Positions 62,820 through 64,000 of a stretch of DNA of 64,000 nucleotides are shown here, piece after piece; position 1 is the stretch's first letter; each line of letters opens with the position of its first letter. The notes beneath the pieces are model-generated. The model worked only from the letters and a program-made list of their open reading frames with translations, searched no databases and had not been told where the DNA came from. The stretch comes from Octopus sinensis. Taxonomy: Eukaryota. Where the stretch lies: NCBI RefSeq assembly GCF_006345805.1, contig NC_042999.1, positions 139,624,001 through 139,688,000 of the forward strand, in the 5' to 3' direction. The position numbers and the translations under genes were made by a program.

Positions 62820-64000
62820 TAGGGTACATATGAAATCAGAGTAAAAGTAAGGGTTCACCAAGGATCGGTCATCAGCCTCCTTTGGTCATCATAGTCCTTA
62901 AGAGGAATTTAAGTCAGGCTGCCCCTGGGATCTCCTCTACACTGATGACCTTGTTCTTCTTGCTGTATGGACTGTATGATGCCTGTGTGCAAACAGCTGT
63001 GCTACATGGGCTGTGATAGGCTTGAAAGAAACAAAGCTAGCATGCTTCACTGGATGTGCACGTACAACAGAGTGTAAGCACCTTGAGAGAAATGTTGAGC
63101 ACAAGAGGCATCAGATGTGTGCAAGAGAGAAGACTGCAATGGTATAGTCATGTGATGCATAAGGACAAGGACAGCTGTATAAAGAAGTGCTGATCTCTAA
63201 CCATGGAGGGCATCTGTGGAAAAGGTAGACCCAGGAAGACATGGGACAAGGTGGTGAAGCATGATCTTCGAACAATGGGCCTCATGGAGGCAATGACTAG
63301 TGACCAAAACCTTTGGTGATATGCCGTGCTCAAGAAGACCCGTCAAGTTAAGTGAAATCGTAGTTATGGCCGATGCCAGTGTCACATAATAAGCACCTGT
63401 TAAGCATTGGGCCTCACAGAGGCAATATGCCCGGTGCCAGTGTTGCGTAACTGGTACATCAAAGCACTTTTCGAGCATTAGGCCTAACAATGACACATGA
63501 CCAATACCTTTAGCAATATGCCATGCTTGAGATGCAGACGCACTGGTATCTTAACTACAATTTCCATTTGATGGTGTTGACGTACTTGACTCAATAGGTC
63601 TCCTCAAGTAGAGCGGATCACTCTACGATCCAAGGTCAGCACAGCAGGCCATCCTGCGAGCATGAGCTCACATCATTTGTCAGGTCTTCGCAGTCACAGC
63701 ATATCTCATAGGTCTCAGTCTTTCGTTATTTCCTCTGTGAGGCCCAATGTGCCACCGGCACAGGTATTACAACTAAAATAATCTATTTGATTTTTATTTT
63801 GATGTACTTGACTCAACAGGTCTCCTCAAGCACAGCAGGTTGCCCTAAAAACCAAGGTTAGCACAGCAGGCTGTCCTGCAAGACATGAACTCACTTCATT
63901 TGTCGGTTTTTGAAGTCACAGCATATCTCCAGAGGTCTTGGTCTTTCGTCATAGCCTGTGTGAGGCCCAGCGTACGGAGGTCATGCTTGACCACCTCATC
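62820..64000. mobile_element. Cluster of RTE LINE 3' fragments (plus strand to ~63500, then two minus-strand copies)
   Basis: VHQGS..DLLYTDDLV; RRLQWYSHVM..GRPRKTWDKVVKHDLRT; duplicated reverse fragments starting near 63580 and 63800. Confidence 0.7.

Overview
AT-rich, microsatellite-dense eukaryotic (animal) genomic DNA. The SINE/RTE/Helitron repeat families look like those of Octopus, but this is recognised from memory and not confirmed by a search. The genic content is a tandem cluster of three paralogous BTB/POZ-domain genes, all on the minus strand: gene 1 ~11991-15311+, gene 2 27307-35536, gene 3 51075-57381. They share a phase-0 intron that splits the BTB domain at ...V-M|V-H-K and a conserved C-terminal tail, and no zinc fingers were found. 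Each also appears to carry N-terminal 23-residue-periodic charged helical repeats (STPR-like, E-T-x-E-Q-R-x-x-R-L type); these are contiguous with the BTB frame in gene 3 and linked by predicted splicing in genes 1 and 2. A decayed autonomous Helitron (RepHel, ~16554-20286, with a probable first exon at 21749-21829) lies directly upstream of gene 1 on the same strand and has the same kind of N-terminus and repeats. The lead hypothesis is therefore a family of Helitron-derived repeat-BTB fusion genes. The rest is transposon debris: a full-length Ty3/Gypsy element with a 5-bp TSD in the gene 3 intron, two Tx1/L1-like LINEs, RTE fragments, non-autonomous Helitrons, GG-ended MITEs with 8-bp TSDs, tRNA-derived SINEs, foldback palindromes and tandem repeats. 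All exon models come from reading splice signals and phases by eye and need RNA-seq confirmation.
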